This document shows positions 9,210 through 18,832 of a stretch of 60,670 nucleotides of DNA, in pieces; within the stretch, counting starts at the first letter, position 1, and every line of letters starts with the position of its first letter. Location: positions 1-60,670 of the forward strand of contig NJBL01000004.1 of assembly GCA_005223145.1 (NCBI GenBank). The letters are read 5' to 3'. The position numbers and the translations under genes are program-made. The notes under the pieces are model-generated. The model had not been told where the DNA came from. It was given only the letters and a program-made list of their open reading frames with translations, and ran no database searches. The stretch is from a bacterium (candidate division B38) B3_B38. GTDB taxonomy: Bacteria > Acidobacteriota > B3-B38 > Guanabaribacteriales > B3-B38.

Positions 9210-9492
9210 GGCTCTCAGTTAAACGGGAAGAGCTCAGCCTGCGGGTAGCAAGGAAAGGGTAGAATCTTACCTCCCGTATTATGCGATAGCATTGACCTCT
9301 ACCCCTTCTGAGTACCTCACCAACCCGACAGCATTGTAAAGAGCCCATATCTTTTATCTCCCTCTCATCGCTCTACTAAAATAGGCTTTAAATGAGGCTC
9401 CGATTTCCATGTATAATCTTTGTTGCATATATATCGGCTCATCTAACCTTGTCCAATACAGCGACGGAATGGAGCTGTGTTGCCTAAATTCC

Positions 9493-9521
9493 TTGACACT
9501 ATGCGAGTTCTTTGATATAAA
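9493..9521 (+). promoter_or_regulatory. Sigma70 promoter
   Basis: TTGACA-17 nt-TATAAA upstream of ORF 9599. Confidence 0.65.
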
Positions 9522-9598
9522 TTATTCATTAAAAAGATTATAAAGGTTTGAGTAGTAAGGGTTAAAAGGTCAAAAATCTACAGGGAAGAAGGTACTCA

Positions 9599-9955
9599 AT
9601 GGATTTAAAGGAAGCCGTGCTTCACTACCAGTATGGGGAGAAGATAAAGTCCGAGCTTATAATAGCGAGCAAGATGCTGGCCAGCCTGTCAACCTTCCAG
9701 ACCGAGGAGAAGTCAGGGGGGCAGAAGCTTATGAACTCCTTTTTAGAAGCCCTCCTGGGTGAGATTCGCATTGCCCAGGGTACGGTGAAGTCCAAACAAC
9801 TAACGGAAGCCGAGGCGATGGTCACCGAGTCTATCGGACGGTTAAAGATCTCGGAGTCAGCCGAAGCTCACCGCTGTATCTCCCGGGCTATATCTGCGGT
9901 TACCACCTCTCTGAATGAGGCAGCCAGAGTGCTGGAAGAGAACGCTCTGTTTTAG
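9599..9955 (+). CDS. Hypothetical helical protein
   Basis: 118-aa ORF with RBS and upstream promoter, amphipathic helical composition. Confidence 0.7.
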   Translation: MDLKEAVLHYQYGEKIKSELIIASKMLASLSTFQTEEKSGGQKLMNSFLEALLGEIRIAQGTVKSKQLTEAEAMVTESIGRLKISESAEAHRCISRAISAVTTSLNEAARVLEENALF

Positions 9956-10018
9956 GGATAGAGATAGCCATCCCTTTGAAGACTGTTACACAATTTTTCC
10001 CTCTGCGGATGAGAAGCA

Positions 10019-10723
10019 ATGAAGTTCATCATTGATAAAAAGCTCTTTGAGCTTTTCCCTGAGGCGACCATCGGGGCGGTCGTCCTTCACGAGCTTGACA
10101 ATTCGGGCACCTCTGAGGAATTGAACCAATTCTACCAGCAGATTCAAAGGGACTTTCGGCAGACTTTCCCCTTCCCCAGAATACAGGACCATCCTTCGAT
10201 CAGGCCGTGGAGGGAGGCTTTCTCCCGCCTGGGTATTTCATCCAGCAAGTTTAATAGCTCTGTTGAGGCTATGGGGAGGAGGATTTTGAAGGGGAACTAT
10301 CTTCCTTCCATAAACAATCTGGTAAATCTTTATAACGCCTTATCGATCAAGCATCTGATTCCCATTGGGGGGCATGATATAGGAACCATAAAGGGGAGTA
10401 TATACCTCTGCTTTGCCACCGGCGGGGAGAAGTTTCTTCCTATGGGTTCCCAGCAGTGGGAAACGGTCCCCTCTGGGGAGATTGTTTATAAGGATGAGCA
10501 GGAGGTTCTCACCCGCCGCTGGGTATGGAGGCAATGTGAGAAGGACAAAGTAACCCACAGCTCCCGCCAGGTATTCATACCTATTGATGTCCTGGGTGAG
10601 ATAGGTAAGGAGAAATTGGTAGAGGTGATTTCCGATTTTACCGCTCTTATACCCCGTTATCTTTCTGCCTCCACCAGCCATTACATTCTCGATGCGGATA
10701 ACCAAGAGGTGACCATGCTCTAA
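10019..10723 (+). CDS. Stand-alone B3/B4 domain protein (PheRS beta editing-domain homologue)
   Basis: WREAF, SSVEAMGRR, LPSINNLVNLYN, PIGGHD, GEIVYKD, RRWVWRQ. Confidence 0.85.
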   Translation: MKFIIDKKLFELFPEATIGAVVLHELDNSGTSEELNQFYQQIQRDFRQTFPFPRIQDHPSIRPWREAFSRLGISSSKFNSSVEAMGRRILKGNYLPSINNLVNLYNALSIKHLIPIGGHDIGTIKGSIYLCFATGGEKFLPMGSQQWETVPSGEIVYKDEQEVLTRRWVWRQCEKDKVTHSSRQVFIPIDVLGEIGKEKLVEVISDFTALIPRYLSASTSHYILDADNQEVTML

Positions 10724-10797
10724 TTTTCAAAAAGGAAAGGCCTCTTTTTTTGAAAGAGACCTTTACCATTCCTGCTTTTGCAAACAGGGGGCGAGAA

Positions 10798-13632
10798 ATG
10801 TACCTTCTAAATAAAAAGCGATTTTTACCCTTGATGTTAACCGGAGTCATGCTGGGTTTTCTTACGATTCTGGTGGCAAGCAGAGGCAACCCTGAGCAGG
10901 AGCTGGTTGTAGCCACTAAAACGCTTAAATTAGTCTTTCAGCAGTCCGAGGGGCGCTGGAGCCTCTATCAACGGAAAGGCGAGGGATGGGAAGCGGTGAT
11001 TTCCTCCGCCGCCTCTGCGCTGACCCTCGGCTCCCAGGAGGTGGTCAGCACTGTCGACCTTAAAGGAAGCTTCCAGGGGACGAAGGAAAAAGTCACCACC
11101 AGATGGGGAGAGGGTGAGCTGCTGGAGCTCAGCGCCCAGCTCCCTCACAAAAAGCTTCAGCTTAAGCTCCAGTTTATTCTTTATCAAAGATTTCCAGGGG
11201 TGACCTTCCAGCTCTCTCTCATCAATCGAGCCTCCTCCCCCTTGACTTTGAAAGTGGTGGACATGATAGAGGGTTCCCCCCCGACTGAGCTGAAGCTCGG
11301 TCCTCATCCCGGCAGCGCCAAGATGCTGATAAATGGCTATCATTCGTGGGACAAATCGGTGGTGGAGCCCATCGGAACGGGCAAAAGGCTTACCAGCTAC
11401 TGGAACACCGCTTGCTATAATCCCGCCTCAAAAGAGGGGGTAGTCCTGGGGTGGACTACTAACCTGAGCTCCACCAATACTTTGAATTTGCAGTCCAATG
11501 AGCAGGGATTGCGATTTCAGGCGAGAGCCGATTTTGGGCGCCGGCAGCTCTCCCCCGGGGAGGAGTTGGCTGCAGACCAGTTCCTCATCCTTTGCGGCAA
11601 ATCTCCCATTTCTCTGCTGGAGGAGTATGCCCGCCTCTCCTACGAGGCCACCTGGGAGAAGAGTCGCTTCGTCGCTCTTGCTACCAGGACCGAGGTCCCC
11701 ACCGGTTGGTGCTCCTGGTACTATTACTACGATAGGGTAAAGGAAGACGACATCATTGAGAATCTCAACTTCGCCGCTGTTGCCTTCAAGCCCTTTGGCT
11801 TGCAATATATCCAGATTGACGATGGCTTCCAGCAGGCAGCAGGCGACTGGGACACCAACCAGAAGTTTCCCCACGGGCACCGCTGGCTGACCGACCAGAT
11901 CCACCAGCAAGGACTGCAGGCGGGGCTGTGGGTGGCTCCTTTCGCCATTGCGGAGAAGAGCATCATTTTTAAGGAGCATCCTGACTGGCTTATTAAGGAT
12001 GAGGAGGGGAAAAGCCTCCAGGTTTGGGAAAACGAGTTCTGGGGAGGGAAGATTTACGCACTCGACCCCACCCATCCTCAGGCCCGGCAATGGCTCTACC
12101 AGCTCTTCCAGCAGGTGGTCAACGAGTGGGGATATGATTATGTGAAGATAGATTTCGTCTTCTTCGCCGCCCGGGGAGGGGTCTATCATCAGCCCCTTTC
12201 CCCAATCGAAGCCTGCCGTCTGGGACTGGAGACCATCAGGAAGGCGGTAGGGGGGCGAAGATTTATTCTCGGGTGCGGGGCACCTCTGGGCCCTTCCATA
12301 GGGGTTACAGATGGGATGCGCATAGGGCAGGATGTCTCCGCCCGCTGGGAGAGCATCCTCCCCTGCATACTGGCTACTGCCAATCGGTTCTTCTTCCACC
12401 GTCAGGTCTGGTTCAACGACCCTGACTGCCTTGTAGTCAGACCACCTCTGAGCCTCCAGCAGGCCCAGGTATGGGCTTCCATTGTCAGTCTGTCGGGGGG
12501 GATGAACCTTTTCAGCGACAGATTAATCCAGCTTCCTGAGGAGCGGATTCGCATCTTAGAGCGCACCCTCCCCGTGTACAGCGCTGCCGCCCGTCCTATT
12601 GATATGTGGGATATAGAAGAAGCAACCGCCCCCATCCTCTCTACCACCGGGAATGAGGAGCCACCCCGGACCATCCCGCTCGACCGGATATGGCTGTTTA
12701 AAAAGGGGGACGACATTGCCTGGAAGGAGCCGGAGCTGGATGTTGGGGATTGGACACCCATGCCCATCGGCATCAGGTGGGAGGACGCCGGCTACCCTGA
12801 CTATGACGGGTACGGATGGTATCGCCTTAAGTTCGCCATCCCCGAAGATTGGACACCCGGACCACTGGTACTCGAGCTGGGGAAGATTGACGATGTGGAC
12901 GCTACCTATATCAATGGTGAGCTCATCGGCACTACCGGCAAGTTCCCTCCCCAAGCAGAGCGTCGCTGGTATCAGTTTCGTCGATACAGCATCCCCCAGG
13001 AGACGGCGAATTGGGCACCTCCCAGAGAAAACCTGCTGGCTATCAGGGTCTACGATGGAGGTGGTAGTGGGGGCTTCTACCAGGTTAACCGAGGATTGCC
13101 ACCGCGGATATGGCTCTTGACGGTGGAAAAGGAATTTGAGCGGTGGTGGATAGTGGGGGTGTTTAATTTCAGTGAGGAGGAGGAGACTATTAATCTCCCA
13201 TTCTCCCGGCTTGGATTGTCAGAGAAGGAGACCTATCTCGCATTTGATTACTGGCAGGAGAAGTTTCTGGGAGAGTTCACCAGGGAGATGAAGGTCACCC
13301 TGGAGCCTGTCTCCTGCCGGGTTATTGCTGTGCATATCAAGCAGAGGATACCTCAGATAATATCTACCGACCGCCACATCACTCAGGGTGGTGTTGACCT
13401 GGAAGAGGTCGTCTGGATGCCCAAAGAGAACACCCTCCAGGGGCTGAGCACTAATCTGGCGGGAAATAGCTACACCCTCACCCTTTACCATTCTCCGCGA
13501 TATAAGTTCGCTATCGGCCAGAGTGTAGTGCCTAGCACCAGCTGGAAGGTCTCCCCTTCCATCTACAAGTTCAGGTTTAAGATTGGTAACCAGCCTGAAC
13601 TGCAGTGGAAGATAAAATTCATTACCTTTTAA
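10798..13632 (+). CDS. Alpha-galactosidase, GH36-like, with signal/anchor and an inserted jelly-roll domain
   Basis: PTGWCSWY, IQIDDGFQ, GLWVAPF, YVKIDF (nucleophile), MRIGQD, WFNDPDC. ATG 10798 preferred over TTG 10750. Confidence 0.85.
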   Translation: MYLLNKKRFLPLMLTGVMLGFLTILVASRGNPEQELVVATKTLKLVFQQSEGRWSLYQRKGEGWEAVISSAASALTLGSQEVVSTVDLKGSFQGTKEKVTTRWGEGELLELSAQLPHKKLQLKLQFILYQRFPGVTFQLSLINRASSPLTLKVVDMIEGSPPTELKLGPHPGSAKMLINGYHSWDKSVVEPIGTGKRLTSYWNTACYNPASKEGVVLGWTTNLSSTNTLNLQSNEQGLRFQARADFGRRQLSPGEELAADQFLILCGKSPISLLEEYARLSYEATWEKSRFVALATRTEVPTGWCSWYYYYDRVKEDDIIENLNFAAVAFKPFGLQYIQIDDGFQQAAGDWDTNQKFPHGHRWLTDQIHQQGLQAGLWVAPFAIAEKSIIFKEHPDWLIKDEEGKSLQVWENEFWGGKIYALDPTHPQARQWLYQLFQQVVNEWGYDYVKIDFVFFAARGGVYHQPLSPIEACRLGLETIRKAVGGRRFILGCGAPLGPSIGVTDGMRIGQDVSARWESILPCILATANRFFFHRQVWFNDPDCLVVRPPLSLQQAQVWASIVSLSGGMNLFSDRLIQLPEERIRILERTLPVYSAAARPIDMWDIEEATAPILSTTGNEEPPRTIPLDRIWLFKKGDDIAWKEPELDVGDWTPMPIGIRWEDAGYPDYDGYGWYRLKFAIPEDWTPGPLVLELGKIDDVDATYINGELIGTTGKFPPQAERRWYQFRRYSIPQETANWAPPRENLLAIRVYDGGGSGGFYQVNRGLPPRIWLLTVEKEFERWWIVGVFNFSEEEETINLPFSRLGLSEKETYLAFDYWQEKFLGEFTREMKVTLEPVSCRVIAVHIKQRIPQIISTDRHITQGGVDLEEVVWMPKENTLQGLSTNLAGNSYTLTLYHSPRYKFAIGQSVVPSTSWKVSPSIYKFRFKIGNQPELQWKIKFITF

Positions 13633-13714
13633 CCATTCTGATAGGCGGAATGTTATAAAGGAGGAGGTTTGATTTGACCCTCCTTGTTATTAAGATTATA
13701 GAGGGAGGCTGCTG

Positions 13715-16198
13715 ATGAATATCAGAACCTTGACGAGATGCATTATTCTTTTAATTCTATCCTATTTTTTATTGGCATCAGGGTGGACTGCTCCTTCGTT
13801 CAGGGATGGGGAGCTACCCCTCTCTTACCCCTGGAAGGAGGTTGTGATTGACGCGCTGGAGAGCCAGAGCTGGCACGGGATCGTCTTTGCCAGCCCCGAG
13901 CGCACCCTGTTTGCCGTCCGCTTTGCCATCTATTACCAGGGGAAGCTGTTAGATGGGCTCAATGTCTATTTTGCGGTGAGCCGAGTCGGTCCTCACGCCC
14001 CTGATGGCTCTTACTCCCTGCTGGAGATAGACCCCACGCTGGGTCTGGATGTCTCCACACCCCTGGAGGAGGCGAAGAAAACACCCCTCATTCGCCGCGA
14101 CCTAATACCCACCCCGCCATCTCCTCGGGTGCGGATAGAATGGTCACGGATAGACGAAACCACCGTAGTAGGGAGGGTCACCGCTCCCTTTGATTGTCAG
14201 GTGATGGTGGAGGCTTTCTGCCCGTGGAGCTTCCAGGGGAGCTATCGCATATCAGATGAAGGGGATGCCATCGCCGGAAGCTCTCTGGCACCTTCGCGTC
14301 GCTATGGGGATTTCGCCCTGGTGGTGGACAAACAAGCCGATGACAGCGGCACCTTCCCCAGCCTCCATACACTCTATCGGGAGGTAAAAGCAGAAGGGAA
14401 GCTCACAGACAGGGGGGGTCAGCCAGTGGCTGCTCTCGTATATCAGATGAAGGACAGGGAGGCTTTGCACTTTGCCGCCCGCATAGGGATGGACTTTCAG
14501 AGCCTCTCTTCTTCATTAAAGGGATTAACCACTGCCCGGAACATTGCCTCCATCTTAGAGGAAAAGAGAAGGAGGTATGAGGAACACCGGGTCAAAACCG
14601 AGGGGCTCTTCGCTCAGACCGCCGAATCTCTGACCAATAATCTGGGGTGGATGATTCTTTACCAACCCGATACCGGGGGGCGCTACATCCCTGCAGGTCG
14701 GCGATGGATCTTCCCCAGGCTGGACAACACCCTGGACGATTGGACTATATTTGAATGGGACAGCTTTTTCAATGCCGTTGAGTTAGCTCTTGAAGACAAG
14801 GAGATGGCTTACTCCATGCTGCGGGAGGTGCTCAACATCATGTATCCCCATGGGAACATACCCAACTGGCGTGGGGGAACCAGGGGAAGCCTCGACCGCT
14901 CCCAGCCCCCGGTGGGGAGCTACTGCACCTGGAAGGTTTATCTGCGGTGGGGCAAGGAGAAGGAGCTTCTCCAGATGGCATACCCCCGGCTTAAGAAGTG
15001 GCACAGTTGGTGGCTCAGCGATGCGGAGACAGGGAAGCCTCGTCGGGATGGGAACCAGGACGGTCTGCTGGAGTGGGGTGGCGACAAGGGGGAATTTCTC
15101 CCCTCCTGGGATGACGCCTCGGGTCTGCAGCGGGCAATGTGGGAATCGGGGATGGACGACTCCCCTTTATGGGACGATGCTACCTATGATGAGGAAAGCT
15201 GGACTATGAGGCTCAACGCCCTCGACCTTAACTGCCTCTATGCCCTCGACTCCCGCTGCCTGGCCCTGATGGCGGAAGAGCTTAACCTCCCTCAGGAAGC
15301 CGCCCATTATCGCCAGGAGTATGAAAGGCTGAAGGAGTTAATCAATACCAAAATGTGGGACCCCAGGACCGGCTTCTACTACGACCAGTACTGGGATGGC
15401 ACGCTCTCCGGGGCTAAGGCTGCTTCCTCCTTTTATCCGCTGCTGGCTGGTGTCGCTTCGCCTCAGCAAGCGGACCAGATGGTCAAGCATCTGCTTAATG
15501 AGGAGGAGTTCTGGGGGGATTATATTCTCCCCACTATATCCCGAGACCACCCCTCCTTCAACGACCAGCAATACTGGCGGGGAACCATCTGGCCCCCAAC
15601 CAACTACCTGGTGTACCAGGGGCTTAAAAATTACCGCTACGACCAGATTGCCTCGCAATACGCCGAGCGGAGTGTGCAGCTCTTTATCGGCAGCTGGCTC
15701 CGTTATCAACTGTGCCGCGAGAACTACGACTCCCGCTCCGGGGAGGGGGGCGGACGACGCTACCAGAGCTGGGGACCGCTTTTCTGCCTGGTCGGGATTG
15801 AGGAATTCATCGACTACGAGCCCTGGGGCGGGCTGCGTTTCGGTAGCTCAGGAATATCTCAAAGCAGCAAGATTTCCAATGTACCGCTGGGCAATCACCT
15901 CTACGATGTGACCATAGGGCCGCAGTTGACCGAGGTCTTCCGGGACGGGAAGCTGCTGTTCCGTGCCGATAAGGATGTGGTGGTGCGGAACTTCACCTCC
16001 CAAGAGGGCTTAGCAAAGTTCCACATCAATGCCCGCACCGCCACCAGGATTCAGCTCCCCTTTGCACCCGAAGGGAAGGAGGTAAGGATAGAGAAGGACG
16101 GAGCCAATTTCACCACCCGCAGGATAACCGGGGGAGCCATATCGCTGGAAATACCTTCGGGAAAGAGTGAATACCACTTTATCTTGCAGGATAAATAA
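13715..16198 (+). CDS. Exported (alpha/alpha)6 glycoside hydrolase, GH63/MGH1/trehalase-like
   Basis: Signal peptide; FEWDSFF, DRSQPPV, WESGMDDSP, DLNCL, YWRGTIWPPTNY, ENY. Confidence 0.8.
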   Translation: MNIRTLTRCIILLILSYFLLASGWTAPSFRDGELPLSYPWKEVVIDALESQSWHGIVFASPERTLFAVRFAIYYQGKLLDGLNVYFAVSRVGPHAPDGSYSLLEIDPTLGLDVSTPLEEAKKTPLIRRDLIPTPPSPRVRIEWSRIDETTVVGRVTAPFDCQVMVEAFCPWSFQGSYRISDEGDAIAGSSLAPSRRYGDFALVVDKQADDSGTFPSLHTLYREVKAEGKLTDRGGQPVAALVYQMKDREALHFAARIGMDFQSLSSSLKGLTTARNIASILEEKRRRYEEHRVKTEGLFAQTAESLTNNLGWMILYQPDTGGRYIPAGRRWIFPRLDNTLDDWTIFEWDSFFNAVELALEDKEMAYSMLREVLNIMYPHGNIPNWRGGTRGSLDRSQPPVGSYCTWKVYLRWGKEKELLQMAYPRLKKWHSWWLSDAETGKPRRDGNQDGLLEWGGDKGEFLPSWDDASGLQRAMWESGMDDSPLWDDATYDEESWTMRLNALDLNCLYALDSRCLALMAEELNLPQEAAHYRQEYERLKELINTKMWDPRTGFYYDQYWDGTLSGAKAASSFYPLLAGVASPQQADQMVKHLLNEEEFWGDYILPTISRDHPSFNDQQYWRGTIWPPTNYLVYQGLKNYRYDQIASQYAERSVQLFIGSWLRYQLCRENYDSRSGEGGGRRYQSWGPLFCLVGIEEFIDYEPWGGLRFGSSGISQSSKISNVPLGNHLYDVTIGPQLTEVFRDGKLLFRADKDVVVRNFTSQEGLAKFHINARTATRIQLPFAPEGKEVRIEKDGANFTTRRITGGAISLEIPSGKSEYHFILQDK

Positions 16199-16210
16199 AG
16201 AGAGGAGAGC

Positions 16211-16420
16211 ATGATGATGGGTAATCGAGCATTTATCATGCTTATTCTATTCCCATTGCTCTTTGTTATCTTTTCCAGCACTTCTGTCTTCTCACAGACG
16301 CCGCGGAACCGCTTGAAAGCAGGAGTCACCGACCCCATTTACACCACCCTGGAATCACCACCCAGTTACATCTGGGATTGCATTATCGCCCGGATGATGA
16401 TTGACCTCCAGGAAAAATGA
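16211..16420 (+). CDS. Small ORF with signal peptide, possibly a truncated exported protein
   Basis: AGGAG RBS, hydrophobic N-terminus ending SVFSQ, located in an operon gap. Confidence 0.4.
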   Translation: MMMGNRAFIMLILFPLLFVIFSSTSVFSQTPRNRLKAGVTDPIYTTLESPPSYIWDCIIARMMIDLQEK

Positions 16421-16451
16421 CGCTCCTTAACGAGATCGGAGGAGGGTATCG

Positions 16452-17678
16452 ATGAGAAGTTGCGCTATAATTCTGCTGCTCGGCTGTTTGTCTGCTCTTC
16501 TATTTGTCACGGTTGGTGCCTCCTCGTCTATCGCTCAGGAGGCTATCTCCATTACTCAGGAGGAGAGGACTCAAGAAATAGCGGAGAAGGTGCAAAGAGT
16601 AGTTACCTTCCTCAAGGGGAGGGGATTAAGCGGGCTGCTGCTTTCCACTACCGCCAACTTCGCCTGGATCACCGGCGGAGGGGACAATCATGTGGTCATT
16701 ACCAGAGAGGAGGGAGCGTGTTCAATTCTAATACTGCCCAATGGAGAGCGCTACCTGATAAGCAGCAACAGCGAAGCAGGTCGTATAATGGAGGAGGAAC
16801 TTCAGGGATTGAGCTTTCGGCTCAAGGGGTTCAAGTGGTATGAAGATAAGCTGACTCCCGATAAAAAATGGGAAATTATTAAAAGTTTGACCCGCGGGGG
16901 AAGGGTAGCTTCAGACATCCCTTACTCCGAAGCAGTAGTGCTGAAAGCTGATTTAGGGCAACTCCGCTATCCATTAACCGATAGCGAAATAAAGAAGTAC
17001 CGCTGGCTGGGGCGGGAGTGCGCTCAGGCGGTGGATAAGGTATGCCGCACCATTCAGCCGGGGATGAGCGAGAAGGAGATTGAAGCTCTCATCTCCGATG
17101 AGCTTCTCCGCCGGGGAGTTAGACCCACGGTTATATTGATCGGGGTTGATGACCGAATTTATAGCTACCGTCATGCTATTCCCACGGAGGAAAGATTACA
17201 AAAATATGCTATGATTAATATTTGTGCCCGCCGATGGGGGCTGGTCATCGCCACTACCCGCCTGGTGCATTTTGGGCCCGTGCCCCTGGAGTTAGGTCGC
17301 CGGATGAAAGCGACAGCACAGGTGGCTGCGTGCTATCTGGCTCATTCCCGGCCGGGACGCTCGGCAGCGGACATACTGAAAGCTGCTGAAGAAGCCTATG
17401 CCGATGCAGGCTATCCGGGCGAATGGGAGAGACATCATCAGGGAGGAGCTATCGGATATCAGGAGCGGGACTGGCTGGCTTATCCCGGCTCGCCAGAGGT
17501 GGTTCACTCACATCAGGCGTTTGCCTGGAACCCCACCATCACCGGGGCCAAGGTGGAGGATACCATCATCGTTTATGACGACCATATAGAGGTGCTTACC
17601 CGACTCCCCCACTGGCCCAGCATAAAGGTCGAATACGAGGGGAAGGTGTTTTTGATCCCCGATATATTGATCAGATAA
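16452..17678 (+). CDS. M24 (pita-bread fold) peptidase/creatinase-like protein with signal peptide
   Basis: Creatinase-N-like NFAWITGG; PGMSEKEI, HHQGG, WNPTITGAKVEDT. Confidence 0.8.
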   Translation: MRSCAIILLLGCLSALLFVTVGASSSIAQEAISITQEERTQEIAEKVQRVVTFLKGRGLSGLLLSTTANFAWITGGGDNHVVITREEGACSILILPNGERYLISSNSEAGRIMEEELQGLSFRLKGFKWYEDKLTPDKKWEIIKSLTRGGRVASDIPYSEAVVLKADLGQLRYPLTDSEIKKYRWLGRECAQAVDKVCRTIQPGMSEKEIEALISDELLRRGVRPTVILIGVDDRIYSYRHAIPTEERLQKYAMINICARRWGLVIATTRLVHFGPVPLELGRRMKATAQVAACYLAHSRPGRSAADILKAAEEAYADAGYPGEWERHHQGGAIGYQERDWLAYPGSPEVVHSHQAFAWNPTITGAKVEDTIIVYDDHIEVLTRLPHWPSIKVEYEGKVFLIPDILIR

Positions 17679-17681
17679 TAG

Positions 17682-18659
17682 ATGACCGAGATAAAGAGCA
17701 TAAAGATTGACACACTGGAGGGTATTCTGCTGGAGGATGATGCCCTGAGACTGGTGCTCTTGCCACAGTTAGGAGGGAAAGTCATCTCCCTCATATACAA
17801 GCCTACGGGGAAGGAGCTTCTGTTCAGGGTACCTCATGCTGAATATCGAATACCTCGTTGGGGGAAACCCTTTGTTCGCTATGACACCGGCGGCTGGGAT
17901 GAGTGCTTCCCCACCATTGCCCCGTGCCTTTACCCCGAAGGGATATGGAAAGGTACCCCCTTGCCCGACCATGGGGCTCTGTGGTCAATCCCCTGGCATT
18001 GCCAGCTATCTCCCTACGAAGTCTATCTGGCGGCAAAATGCATGACCCTCCCCTTTCTCTTCCGCAAAAGGATTCGCCTGGAGCCTAAGGGAAGGGTGAG
18101 GGTGAGCTATGAGGTGGAGAATCTGTGCGGGGAGCCCCTTATATTCCTCTGGGCAGCTCATCTGCTCCTGCGCATTACTGACGACTGGGAGATTCTCCTT
18201 CCCCAAGAAGTTGATTATCTGAGGTTGAACTGGTCTAAGGGGGAGAGGCTGGGGAAGCCGGGAGATAGAGTCGACTGGCCCGTTGCCATAGATAGTGAAG
18301 GAAGAGAAGCTCCCCTGCACACCGGGTTTTCCCCTGCGGCTGACTATGCCGATAAGCTCTTCACCCCACGGTTGTCGGTGGGGGCTGGAGGGATGTGGAA
18401 CAAAAGGACAGGGGAGTCCCTTGTTCTCAACTTCCCTGCCGATTTGGTACCCTTTATAGGGCTGTGGCTCTGTCAGGGGGGGTATCCTGAAGACCGGGAG
18501 CCAAAGCACTTTACCGCAGGGATAGAGCCCTCCACCGGCGCACCCGACAGCCTGGAGGTGGCATACAAATGGGGGGAGTATGCCCGGGTGGGGGCACGCA
18601 GCCGCTACCGCTGGTGGCTGGAGCTCAATGCAGCCCAGGGGGAAAAACCCCGGCTATAA
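17682..18659 (+). CDS. Galactose mutarotase-like / aldose 1-epimerase family protein
   Basis: LPQLGGKVISL, GGWDECFPT, PDHG, WAAH, GIEP. Confidence 0.75.
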   Translation: MTEIKSIKIDTLEGILLEDDALRLVLLPQLGGKVISLIYKPTGKELLFRVPHAEYRIPRWGKPFVRYDTGGWDECFPTIAPCLYPEGIWKGTPLPDHGALWSIPWHCQLSPYEVYLAAKCMTLPFLFRKRIRLEPKGRVRVSYEVENLCGEPLIFLWAAHLLLRITDDWEILLPQEVDYLRLNWSKGERLGKPGDRVDWPVAIDSEGREAPLHTGFSPAADYADKLFTPRLSVGAGGMWNKRTGESLVLNFPADLVPFIGLWLCQGGYPEDREPKHFTAGIEPSTGAPDSLEVAYKWGEYARVGARSRYRWWLELNAAQGEKPRL

Positions 18660-18832
18660 TGGAAATGGGCGGAGATGAGCCTCAGCTCAGCCTAAAGAAT
18701 CCGCTAAGGTACGTCTGAAAATAATGCAGAAAAATAATCAATTCAATCAGGTGAAATAAAAGTGTATTATTAAGCTGGAATCTCGCATGAGTATTAAAGC
18801 GAAAGCAGAGCTCAAAAGAGAAAGAAAGTGGT

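Noticed and set aside
11428-12399. Long antisense ORFs (also 19907..20785, 35126..35854, 30205..30864 and others)
   Set aside because: Shadow frames opposite well-supported genes, with no protein motifs.
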